A stretch of DNA of 32,618 nucleotides from an uncultured Ruminococcus sp. (GTDB lineage: Bacteria; Bacillota; Clostridia; Oscillospirales; CAG-272), in the NCBI GenBank assembly GCA_964438725.1, contig CAYTLG010000004.1, positions 1 to 32,618 of the forward strand. The letters are read 5' to 3'. A program made the translations under genes and the position numbers. Below, in pieces: positions 21,924 through 30,768 of this stretch. Under the pieces are notes generated by a model, which was given only the letters and a program-made list of their open reading frames with translations, had not been told where the DNA came from and ran no database searches. Position 1 is the first letter of the stretch; each line of letters begins with the position of its first letter.

Positions 21924-21936
21924 GTTATAGTCTTGT

Positions 21937-21988
21937 AAAACAAAAGAGTGTTAATGGCAATAAAATCCATTGGCACTCTTTTTGTTTT
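21937..21988 (+). terminator. Rho-independent terminator closing the ARH-SBP operon
   Basis: AAAACAAAAGAGTGTTAATGG ... CCATTGGCACTCTTTTTGTTTT. Confidence 0.85.
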
Positions 21989-22060
21989 GATTAAATTCAG
22001 AAAAAATCGGTAATAGCTCCGCATATGTACATTCTTTTTAGACATGATAAGAAAATACTA

Positions 22061-22089
22061 TTGCTTTTTCAGCGGAAATATGTTATGAT
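22061..22089 (+). promoter_or_regulatory. SigA promoter for GH35
   Basis: TTGCTT-17 bp-TATGAT with TG extension. Confidence 0.6.
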
Positions 22090-22127
22090 TATTTTGCAAC
22101 AATATCATTTCACACTCGGAGGAAACT

Positions 22128-23879
22128 ATGGGCATACTTACCTATAATGACCACGCCTTTCTTATGGATGGCAAAGAATACACCATAATTTCAGGTGCTA
22201 TGCATTACTTCCGGATTCCCCGTGAATACTGGCTTGACAGACTTACAAAGCTCAAGGAATGTGGCTTTAACACAGTGGAAACCTACACCTGCTGGAACCT
22301 TCACGAAAAGCACGAGGGTCAGTTCGACTTCTCCGGAATGCTTGACATCGCTGAATACGTTCGCATCGCAGAATCTCTCGGACTCAACGTAATTCTTCGT
22401 CCCGGTCCGTATATCTGTGCTGAATGGGAATTCGGTGGACTTCCCGCATGGCTCCTTTCCTATAAGGACATGAACATCCGCTGCAACGATGAAGTATTTA
22501 TCTCCAAGGTTCGCAGCTACTATCACAAGCTCTTTGAACAGCTCGATGGTCACTTCTCCACTCAGGGCGGTGCTATCATCATGGTTCAGATTGAAAACGA
22601 ATACGGCTCCTACGGTAACGACAAGGAATATCTCCGTGCAATCGAGAATATTTATCGTGAATGCGGTATCGACGTTACTCTCTTCACATCCGATGGTGCT
22701 TGCTGGTGGATGCTCGGCGGCGGTACTCTTCCCGACCACCTCTGCGTTGCAAACTTCGGTTCACATCCCGTTGAAAACTTCGCAATGCTCGATAAATTCC
22801 GTCAGAATCAGCCCCATATGTGCGGCGAATACTGGTGCGGTTGGTTTGACCACTGGTATGACGGTCACCACACACGTGAAGCAGATGAACTCGCAGGTCT
22901 GTTCCGTGACATGATAGACTCAGGTGCTTCCCTGAACTTCTATATGTTCCACGGTGGTACAAACTTCGGCTTCATGAACGGTGCTAACGACTACGGTGTA
23001 TACGAACCTACAATCACAAGCTACGACTACAACGCACTTCTCAGCGAAGCAGGCGACATGACTCCCGCTTTCCATGCAGTTCGTAAGATAATCGAAGATA
23101 AGTATGGCAAGCTCCCGCCGCTCACAGTTAAGAACAGCGAAAAGAAGGCTTACGGCAAGGTTGAACTTACCGAAAAGGCATTCATTCTTGACGCAGCTCC
23201 CAAGATGACCTCTCCCATTCACAAGGCTGCTCCCAAGTTCCAGGAAGAAATCGGTCAGAGCTTCGGCTACACTCTCTACTCCACAGTAGTAAAGGGTCCT
23301 CGTGAAGAAATGGAACTCCAGTACGATACACTTCACGACAGAGCAGTTGTATTCTTTGATGGCGAATATAAGGGAACAATCGAACGCTCCAGACGTGCTG
23401 ACAAGATAACAGTACAGCTCGGCGTTGGTGAAGAAGTTAAGATGGATATCCTCGTTGAAAACATGGGTAGAACCAACTACGGTCCTCACATGGGCGACAA
23501 CAAGGGTATGACAGGTATCCGTTTCGGTCAGCAGCTCCACTTCGGTTGGGATATGTACCCGCTTGAAATGGATGACCTCTCCGCTATTCCCTTTGAAAAG
23601 GCTGAAGGCGGTGTAGAAAAGGCTTCCTTCATGAGAGGTAAGCTTAACATCGAAGGCGAACCCATGGATACATTCATCAGACTCGATGGATTCCACCACG
23701 GCTTTGTTGTAGTAAACGGCTTCAACCTCGGTAGATACTACAACGATGCAGGCCCGCAGAAAACACTTTACTGCCCTGCTCCGATGCTCAAGTCAGGCGA
23801 AAACGAAATTATCGTATTTGAAATGGATTCCAGCGACAGAAATGTTATCGAATTCACAGATACACCCGACCTCGGCTGA
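22128..23879 (+). CDS. Beta-galactosidase, GH35
   Basis: ISGAMHYFR, WNLHE, RPGPYICAEWEFGGLPAWL, QIENEYGSY (acid/base), GEYWCGWFDHW (nucleophile), NFYMFHGGTNFG, TSYDYNA, VENMGRTNYG, GPQKTLY; RBS GGAGG. Confidence 0.96.
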   Translation: MGILTYNDHAFLMDGKEYTIISGAMHYFRIPREYWLDRLTKLKECGFNTVETYTCWNLHEKHEGQFDFSGMLDIAEYVRIAESLGLNVILRPGPYICAEWEFGGLPAWLLSYKDMNIRCNDEVFISKVRSYYHKLFEQLDGHFSTQGGAIIMVQIENEYGSYGNDKEYLRAIENIYRECGIDVTLFTSDGACWWMLGGGTLPDHLCVANFGSHPVENFAMLDKFRQNQPHMCGEYWCGWFDHWYDGHHTREADELAGLFRDMIDSGASLNFYMFHGGTNFGFMNGANDYGVYEPTITSYDYNALLSEAGDMTPAFHAVRKIIEDKYGKLPPLTVKNSEKKAYGKVELTEKAFILDAAPKMTSPIHKAAPKFQEEIGQSFGYTLYSTVVKGPREEMELQYDTLHDRAVVFFDGEYKGTIERSRRADKITVQLGVGEEVKMDILVENMGRTNYGPHMGDNKGMTGIRFGQQLHFGWDMYPLEMDDLSAIPFEKAEGGVEKASFMRGKLNIEGEPMDTFIRLDGFHHGFVVVNGFNLGRYYNDAGPQKTLYCPAPMLKSGENEIIVFEMDSSDRNVIEFTDTPDLG

Positions 23880-23896
23880 GTTTAAGTTAAATTAAT

Positions 23897-23950
23897 ATAA
23901 AAAGGATGAGTTTTCCAAGTGACTTTCACTCGGTCTGCTCATCCTTTTAT
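23897..23950. terminator. Bidirectional terminator between GH35 and yifB
   Basis: ATAAAAAGGATGAG ... CTCATCCTTTTAT inverted repeat. Confidence 0.8.
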
Positions 23951-23951
23951 A

Positions 23952-25538
23952 TTATCTGAAATATTTTCTGTCAAGGGCTCTCATTTGTGCGGCTTCTGCT
24001 ATGTGCTGTTTTTTTATGCGGCCGCCTATCATTCCATCCTCTTCCGTTATGCCACGTGACACTGCATCAAGGTCACAGAGAGTTCTCGCAACACGAAGTA
24101 TTCTGTCGTATGCTCTTGCGGAAAGGTTCATTTTGGTAAACACGGCCTCCATGACCTTTTTTGAGTCCTCATCCAATGCACAAAACTCTCTAAGCTCGTC
24201 AGTTTCCATGAGTGCATTTGATTTTACCGCATAATTCTTGACTCCTGCACGCTGAAATCTCATTCTCGACAGCTCTCTTGCGGCGTTTACCTTTTCCCTA
24301 ACCAGAGCGGAGGTCTCTCCCCTTGTATCGTCCGACAATTCATCGAACGACAGTGCGGGCATTTCCACCTGTATATCTATTCTGTCAAGCATGGGACCGC
24401 TTATCTTTTGAAGATATGCACGAATATCGGTTGCTTTACAAGTGCATTTTCCATTCGGTGAACCATAGTAACCGCATTTGCAAGGATTCATCGCACAAAC
24501 AAGCATGAACGATGACGGATATGTAAATCTTCCTGCGGCTCTGGTTATAGTCACCTGCTTATCCTCTATCGGCTGTCTCAGTGCTTCGAGTGCATCCTTT
24601 TTAAATTCGGGAAGTTCATCGAGGAACAGCACTCCGTTATGTGCGAGAGATATTTCCCCCGGAGTTGGTATCTTTCCTCCACCGACAAGAGCAGCGGTAC
24701 TGAGAGAATGGTGCGGTGAGCGGAACGGTCTTTCAAGCACGAACGGAAGCTCATCACTCAGCATACCTGCACATGAGTATATTTTTGTGTCCGCAAGTGC
24801 CTCCTCATAGCTCATTTTCGGGAGTATTGTAGGAAGTCGTTTTGCAAGCATTGATTTTCCCGAACCGGGTGGTCCTATGAACAGGATATTATGTGCTCCT
24901 GCCGCAGCTGTTAGTAATGCACGTTTTGCGACGAGCTGCCCTTTCACCTGAGATATATCTTCGGCTGAAATATGCGAGTCTATGCTATCGTATGGGTTTG
25001 AGGTTGCCTTTTCGAGAACCGCACCATCATCTCCTCTGAGGAACGCTACGAGAGACATGATGTTATCGACACCGTATATCTCTATTCCCTCACGATATGC
25101 AACAGAGGCTTCACGTAAGTTTTCCAGTGGCACAAATATTCTATCTCTACCGCTGTTTATCGCGGCTATCGTCATGCCGAGGACTCCACGGACATGTCTG
25201 ACCTCACCTGAGAACGATATTTCACCAATGAAAGTACTGTTTCCAACATCCCCTACGATATTCATCGCCTGATACACCGCTATAAGAATGGCAAGCTCCA
25301 TTGCTGTACCCTCTTTTTTCTTGTCGGCAGGGGCTAAATTTATGCTTATATCTGCTGACGGAATGCTTATTCCACAGCTTTCGGAGGACGTGAATATTCT
25401 TTTTTCGGATTCTCTTACGGCAGCATCGGGAAGTCCGACTATTTCAAATGACGGCAGCCCTTTTTTTGCGGCACATTCGACACGTATCTCATATCCGTCA
25501 ACTCCCGAAGCTGCGGCAGAATATGTTATTGAAAGCAT
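23952..25538 (-). CDS. comM: YifB/ComM family Mg-chelatase-like AAA+ ATPase
   Basis: IVGLPDAAVRES, INLAPADKKKEG, GPPGSGKSMLAKRL (Walker A), PFRSPHHS, PGEISLAHNGVLFLDE, AMNPCKCGY, KISGPMLDRID, LSARAYDRILRVART; RBS AAGGAG. Confidence 0.95.
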   Translation of the reverse strand: MLSITYSAAASGVDGYEIRVECAAKKGLPSFEIVGLPDAAVRESEKRIFTSSESCGISIPSADISINLAPADKKKEGTAMELAILIAVYQAMNIVGDVGNSTFIGEISFSGEVRHVRGVLGMTIAAINSGRDRIFVPLENLREASVAYREGIEIYGVDNIMSLVAFLRGDDGAVLEKATSNPYDSIDSHISAEDISQVKGQLVAKRALLTAAAGAHNILFIGPPGSGKSMLAKRLPTILPKMSYEEALADTKIYSCAGMLSDELPFVLERPFRSPHHSLSTAALVGGGKIPTPGEISLAHNGVLFLDELPEFKKDALEALRQPIEDKQVTITRAAGRFTYPSSFMLVCAMNPCKCGYYGSPNGKCTCKATDIRAYLQKISGPMLDRIDIQVEMPALSFDELSDDTRGETSALVREKVNAARELSRMRFQRAGVKNYAVKSNALMETDELREFCALDEDSKKVMEAVFTKMNLSARAYDRILRVARTLCDLDAVSRGITEEDGMIGGRIKKQHIAEAAQMRALDRKYFR

Positions 25539-25556
25539 TGCTATCTCCTTAGGATG

Positions 25557-26284
25557 TTATATCTCATGTATAAGTAATGACAGCTCACGCAAATGCTCTG
25601 CCACAGATGAATTTGTATGCTCTCCACCCATGACAACATGAAAGTCATGCGGAACAGAGTTATTTTCAGCAGTTCAGAATATCGGTATGGAATGTCTCCC
25701 ACAACAGTGTCGTTTTCACCGGCTGAGACGAGTATTTTCGGATATTTTTCGCACGATGTACACGGTCTAAAAAACTCATCTTTCAACTGTCCGGGATGAA
25801 GTGATTTGTTCTCTCCGGGAGTCAGTCCGGGTGCAGGACACGCTCCGCCTACTACACGAAACAAATCCGGACGCATGAATCCGATATACAAAGACTCACG
25901 TCCACCCATTGAAAATCCGCTTATCGCACGTTTATTTTCATCTATCGCATATTTTGTTTCTATGTTAGGCATCAGAGACACGGTAAGCTCAAAAATAAAG
26001 TTATCGTATGCAGATGAATTTATGAAGTCGAGTGCAGTACATTTTTCACGCTGTCGGCTGATGTATATATACGGAAACACAACTGTACAGTCACTCATGT
26101 TTTCTTCTATTATAGAGCATATTTCATTGTCATCTGAAAGTGAATGCTCGTCTCCCGAATACCCATGCAAAAGATACAGCACAGGATGAACCGCACCATC
26201 ATCTGTAGTCATAACAACAGCTTTCATCTCACGACGGGTCTGAGTTGAATAATATGTAAATATCTCTTTTTTCACAAATATCAC
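25557..26284 (-). pseudogene. Alpha/beta-hydrolase esterase (CE1/XynZ-like) with a one-base frameshift near the 3' end (pseudogene or read error)
   Basis: PVLYLLHGYSG, RAISGFSMGG, GENDTVV. The expected C-terminus (NNSVPHDFHVVMGGEHT...HEI*) is in another frame after the A4 run at 25663-25666. Probable start GTG 26284 after AGGA. Confidence 0.78.
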
Positions 26285-26308
26285 CGTATTTCCTGATTTT
26301 TCAAGTTT

Positions 26309-26337
26309 ATGATAACACAAAAGCGATGTGATTGCAA
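26309..26337 (-). promoter_or_regulatory. SigA promoter for esterase-yifB
   Basis: Minus strand TTGCAA-17 bp-TATCAT with TG extension. Confidence 0.55.
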
Positions 26338-26348
26338 CTATATCACAG

Positions 26349-26394
26349 AAAAAAAGCATGAATATCAGCTTTTACGCTTATCCATGCTTTTTTG
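26349..26394 (-). terminator. Intrinsic terminator of the ABC operon
   Basis: AAAAAAAGCATG ... CATGCTTTTTT inverted repeat right after the stop at 26401. Confidence 0.8.
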
Positions 26395-26400
26395 TGTTAT

Positions 26401-27972
26401 TTAATTCTGACCGTATGCGTCAACATCGAGTCCCTTGAGAACACGTGAGGTATCGTTCAGCACTTTATTTACAAGGTCGTTTGTGGTATAGAATTCACCT
26501 GCACCGTTTACGGTTACGAATATCTTACCGCCACTGATTTTACCTGTTGATTCTTCAACATACTGATAGAACTTGTATTCGCTGAAGCTGCCGTCCACAC
26601 TTTCACAGGTGAGTGTCATAACTACCTTTGATTCATCCTTCATAAGAGCAAGTCTGTCCTCATCGGAAAGTGTAGCGTATTCCTGATTTGTGAGGTTAAG
26701 CATAGTTTTGTAATATTGACGGAAGTTGTTTACATCAGCATTCTTGATTACAGTACCGGAATTTGTTTCAACTACATCAAGAGTAGCGTTACCATCCGCA
26801 TCTATTCCATGAGTAAGCTCATAGTGAACGTCTACGTCTGCGGAATCAATGGCAATACTCTTTACAGTAGCGATATTAACAAAGAACGGTGTTGAGGATA
26901 TCCATTTGAAGCTGCCGCCCTCAAGCCAGTTCAGCTTATCGTCCTCTACATGGCAGATAAGATTGTATCCATAGAGATTGGAGCAAGCATAATATCCGCC
27001 ACCTGCCTGTCTTTCGGAAACCATAACGATAAATTCATAGTCCTCAAAGACGTATCTTACCATGTACTTGGGTTCTTCAAGACCGTACTGTGCATATACT
27101 TCATCATCAGGCTTGAATGCCATTACCTCGTCACCCTGAAGTGAAATGAAGTTATACAGAGCCTGATAATAGATATCTGTATTCATTTCATACAGTGCGG
27201 TTACGGAAGCATTTTCGGATTCAGGCTTCGGATATGTCATGTAGTTTTCTACGATAGCCTCAGGGTCTTTCTTTTCCTCATCGGGAGTACGATATACATT
27301 TACAAACAGCTCATCGTTCTTCCATACGGTAAACTCGTCAACATTGAAGTAGTTGTTAGTTGACATACCTGCTGTAAGGAGGGGTGAGAGGAGCTTATAC
27401 GCAGGCTGAAGTACCGTGTCGGCAAGAGTTGTCGAAAGGATGTAAACGGCATTTCTTGGTGCATACTTTACGTAATAACCACCCTCGGTAATGAGGCAGT
27501 CTCCAACCTCGATTACGTATTCTTCACCTGAGGTAGAGGTTACAATCCATTCTGCCTGAGGTTCAGCGAGACCGTATTCTGCAAGGCCGGCTTCGTCAAG
27601 GTCTGTAGCAACTCTCATCATCGCTGTGGGAGTACCGGTAGTTACAACAAGGCTTGAGAAAAGCTCATCGTTGAACTTGAGGCCCATATATCCGTCAAGC
27701 TGGAATGTATCCGATGCGTCACGGTATACCTTATAGCCGCCAAATTCATTTTTAACTTCGATAGACTGAATTGACGAACGGCTGAGTGGCTGAAAAATAT
27801 AGAAGTTAGAGGTTCTTGCGGAAATTGCTACTTCACCGTCAAGCAGTTCAACAGCGGAGGAGTTATCTTCCTGAACAGCTGTAAGAGGTACAATTACCGC
27901 AAAATAAGCTATCAGCATTGCCAGAAACAGCACGCCTAATATTATTATCAGCTTTTTCTGTTGCTTTATCAT
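26401..27972 (-). CDS. Membrane-anchored DUF4340-like protein of the Gld-type ABC operon
   Basis: Single N-terminal TM segment; two repeats of the YGL..P motif (LAEYGLAEP, YAQYGLEEP), each followed by GGYY; ATGA overlap with the upstream gene. Confidence 0.7.
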   Translation of the reverse strand: MIKQQKKLIIILGVLFLAMLIAYFAVIVPLTAVQEDNSSAVELLDGEVAISARTSNFYIFQPLSRSSIQSIEVKNEFGGYKVYRDASDTFQLDGYMGLKFNDELFSSLVVTTGTPTAMMRVATDLDEAGLAEYGLAEPQAEWIVTSTSGEEYVIEVGDCLITEGGYYVKYAPRNAVYILSTTLADTVLQPAYKLLSPLLTAGMSTNNYFNVDEFTVWKNDELFVNVYRTPDEEKKDPEAIVENYMTYPKPESENASVTALYEMNTDIYYQALYNFISLQGDEVMAFKPDDEVYAQYGLEEPKYMVRYVFEDYEFIVMVSERQAGGGYYACSNLYGYNLICHVEDDKLNWLEGGSFKWISSTPFFVNIATVKSIAIDSADVDVHYELTHGIDADGNATLDVVETNSGTVIKNADVNNFRQYYKTMLNLTNQEYATLSDEDRLALMKDESKVVMTLTCESVDGSFSEYKFYQYVEESTGKISGGKIFVTVNGAGEFYTTNDLVNKVLNDTSRVLKGLDVDAYGQN

Positions 27973-29996
27973 GAGTGCTTTCTCCTGGTGATAACTATGA
28001 TTCCGCAGAGTCCGAATATCGCCGGAAGAACAACTGTCATTGCAACAGTCCAGTTATTAGCCTGATCTGTGGTAACGGTTATTTCATCCTTATCAAACGG
28101 CTTGAGTTCGAGTGTTGCAAGGACTCTTTCACGACCGATAGCCTTCATGGATGCAGAAAGAATATCTTCGTTTGCGTATGCGTTGGAGTCAATATAGCTC
28201 ATGTTAGCGAATGTAGGTGAACCGAATGCCATTACGTAGGAGTAATAATATTCGTTATCTACGATTCTGGATTCACGTGAAATTGTTACAAGGTTGTATG
28301 AACCGCTTTCCTTAACAAGACCATCTTCAACAAGCTCTGAAGAAGAATATGACTTGAGTACAGCGGATACATCACGTGTACCGTTGAGTCCGCCACCGTT
28401 TTCCCAAAGGATGTTGATAGGCATGGACTTACGGATTATAGTCTTGGGAGGTGTTGCAAGGTTGTTGAGGTCACGGTAAATAGAGCCACCGAGAGTATCG
28501 GACTGATACTGAGCAATGATGGTGATAACTATGATTCCGCAGAGTCCGAATATCGCCGGAAGAACAACTGTCATTGCAACAGTCCAGTTATTAGCCTGAT
28601 CTGTGGTAACGGTTATTTCATCCTTATCAAACGGCTTGAGTTCGAGTGTTGCAAGGACTCTTTCACGACCGATAGCCTTCATGGATGCAGAAAGAATATC
28701 TTCGTTTGCGTATGCGTTGGAGTCAATATAGCTCATGTTAGCGAATGTAGGTGAACCGAATGCCATTACGTAGGAGTAATAATATTCGTTATCTACGATT
28801 CTGGATTCACGTGAAATTGTTACAAGGTTGTATGAACCGCTTTCCTTAACAAGACCATCTTCAACAAGCTCTGAAGAAGAATATGACTTGAGTACAGCGG
28901 ATACATCACGTGTACCGTTGAGTCCGCCACCGTTTTCCCAAAGGATGTTGATAGGCATGGACTTACGGATTATAGTCTTGGGAGGTGTTGCAAGGTTGTT
29001 GAGGTCACGGTAAATAGAGCCACCGAGAGTATCGGACTGATACTGAGCAATGATGGAGTAGCCGTCGGTAGCCATTGAGTTTTCTGTATCACGGATAGTA
29101 ACGCCGCCATCATATGCGATACCCCATTCTTCAAGGAATTCATTGAGGTTTGTGAGGTTGTTTACATATTCGGGGTCGCAGAATACCATGAGACAACCAC
29201 GTGAGTCAAGGAAGCCATCGAGCTTTTCTATCTCGTTTGTGCTTATATCTTCAGCCTCTGCTCCGATAAAGTCGTAAATGGGGTTATATACAACAACGAT
29301 TCTTACGTCCTCATCGAGTGTATCCTTTGCAAGGTTTACAGTCTGTACTTCAAAACCGTTTGCGGAGAATACATTTGCAAGTGCAAGTGCATTACCCATT
29401 TCTTCTCCGTGTTCGATAGTAAACGCTACCTTAGGTCTTTCGGTCTGAGTAACCTGCATGATACCTGATATCATTGTCTTTTCACCGCTGTAAGCCCAAA
29501 CGGTGGAAGCGTCTGTTACGTCATTAAAGGTAAAGAATGCCTGAGCCTTGTAAACTCTGACCTCTGTACCGCTTGCAACAACAACTGAGTCGGAGTCGAT
29601 ATCGGTTGCGGCTGTGTTATAGAACTCACGGAAGAATCCGGGATTCTTGTATACGTTTTCACATTCAACGTGGATGTTCGGGAATGCTTCCTCAATCTGG
29701 AGAGCGGTCGTATAGATCATTCTTGTATAGGAGGAATTGCTTCCGTTCATAAGCACGTCTGGTTCAGAGGCAAAATAGATATACACATCATCGGGAATAT
29801 CGGCCAGGAGTTCCTTTGCTTCTTCCGAAAGAGTGTAGACCTGAGCCTCGGTCATATCAATATACCAGTTATACTTCTGAGCAAGAGCGGTGAATATGAC
29901 GTTGAAAATAACGACTATCGCAACGAATGCTATTGTGAACACAGTCGCAACTGAGCCGTATTTGAATTTACGTGACTGGGTAAAACTGTTTCTCAT
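27969..29996 (-). CDS. GldG-like ABC-type uncharacterised auxiliary component, carrying an internal 178-aa duplication
   Basis: N-term TM, DMTEAQVYTLSEE, FTIEHGE, EIEKLDGFLDSRG, LNEFLEEWGI, NEDIL, C-term TM plus RRK. Start at ATG 29996 after GAGAGG. Confidence 0.8.
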   Translation of the reverse strand: MRNSFTQSRKFKYGSVATVFTIAFVAIVVIFNVIFTALAQKYNWYIDMTEAQVYTLSEEAKELLADIPDDVYIYFASEPDVLMNGSNSSYTRMIYTTALQIEEAFPNIHVECENVYKNPGFFREFYNTAATDIDSDSVVVASGTEVRVYKAQAFFTFNDVTDASTVWAYSGEKTMISGIMQVTQTERPKVAFTIEHGEEMGNALALANVFSANGFEVQTVNLAKDTLDEDVRIVVVYNPIYDFIGAEAEDISTNEIEKLDGFLDSRGCLMVFCDPEYVNNLTNLNEFLEEWGIAYDGGVTIRDTENSMATDGYSIIAQYQSDTLGGSIYRDLNNLATPPKTIIRKSMPINILWENGGGLNGTRDVSAVLKSYSSSELVEDGLVKESGSYNLVTISRESRIVDNEYYYSYVMAFGSPTFANMSYIDSNAYANEDILSASMKAIGRERVLATLELKPFDKDEITVTTDQANNWTVAMTVVLPAIFGLCGIIVITIIAQYQSDTLGGSIYRDLNNLATPPKTIIRKSMPINILWENGGGLNGTRDVSAVLKSYSSSELVEDGLVKESGSYNLVTISRESRIVDNEYYYSYVMAFGSPTFANMSYIDSNAYANEDILSASMKAIGRERVLATLELKPFDKDEITVTTDQANNWTVAMTVVLPAIFGLCGIIVITRRKHS
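27986..29056. repeat. Apparently perfect 534-bp direct tandem duplication
   Basis: 27986-28522 matches 28520-29056 at offset 534; I saw no mismatch; 3-bp TGG overlap at the junction. Confidence 0.97.
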
Positions 29997-30009
29997 TATT
30001 CCTCTCCTC

Positions 30010-30720
30010 TCAGGCATATCTTCTTCTCTCGTAAACACGTACTGCCAGGAAGAGGAATACGGCACTTATCGAGATATAATAAACTGTCGCAGAAATATCG
30101 AATATACCGTAGGTGAAGTTCACGTAACGGGAGTATACGGATATCCAGTCGAGAATGTAACGAATGAAATATGTGTCGATGAGGTTATTAAACACAGCAG
30201 CTGCAACGAAACAAACAAGAATTGCCATTGTTGCGATTGAGGCTGTAACTGTGCTTTCGGTAAGGGTAGACACAAAGATACCAACTGCTATAAAGCACAT
30301 ACCGATAAGAAGCATAGCAATGAGACAACCTACTGCCTTGCCTACGTTAAGACCATCTGTTGCATAAAGGTTCAGAGGGAGGTAATAGAGGCATGACACA
30401 AGTACGGTTCCCGCAAACATAGTGAAAGCTGCAAGGAATTTTGCCATTACCATTCCCGTTATAGATACGGGTGAGGTCATAAGAAGCTGTTCTGTTCTTG
30501 TTCTTCTCTCTTCTGCAAATGTACGCATGGTGAGAAGCGGAACAATTACGATATAGCCGAATATCATAAGTTGGAAGTAGCCTGAAACATCGGAAGTCTG
30601 GCTCTGTAATGTGCTGAACGCAAACATGAAGCCTGAGATTCCGAGGAACACGGCAATGAACACATATCCGAGAGGCGTTGTGAAATACTGACGCATCTCT
30701 TTTTTGTATATTGCAAACAT
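30010..30720 (-). CDS. ABC-2 type permease (GldF-like)
   Basis: MFAIYKKEMRQYFTTPLGY, LTMRTFAEERRTRTEQLLMTSP, AKFLAA, six hydrophobic segments; RBS AGGAG. Confidence 0.9.
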   Translation of the reverse strand: MFAIYKKEMRQYFTTPLGYVFIAVFLGISGFMFAFSTLQSQTSDVSGYFQLMIFGYIVIVPLLTMRTFAEERRTRTEQLLMTSPVSITGMVMAKFLAAFTMFAGTVLVSCLYYLPLNLYATDGLNVGKAVGCLIAMLLIGMCFIAVGIFVSTLTESTVTASIATMAILVCFVAAAVFNNLIDTYFIRYILDWISVYSRYVNFTYGIFDISATVYYISISAVFLFLAVRVYERRRYA

Positions 30721-30768
30721 TTTTGTTTCTCCTAAAAAATCTGTGCTGAAAATGAAGTCAAAGGGAAA

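Noticed and set aside
22191-23699. 182-aa and 259-aa ORFs antisense to GH35
   Set aside because: Same antisense shadow effect.
28294-29013. Two identical 61-aa plus-strand ORFs (28294..28479 and 28828..29013)
   Set aside because: By-products of the tandem duplication, antisense to the GldG-like gene.
27986-29056. 534-bp repeat as an IS element, target-site duplication or CRISPR array
   Set aside because: It is duplicated coding sequence with no terminal inverted repeats, transposase or spacers.
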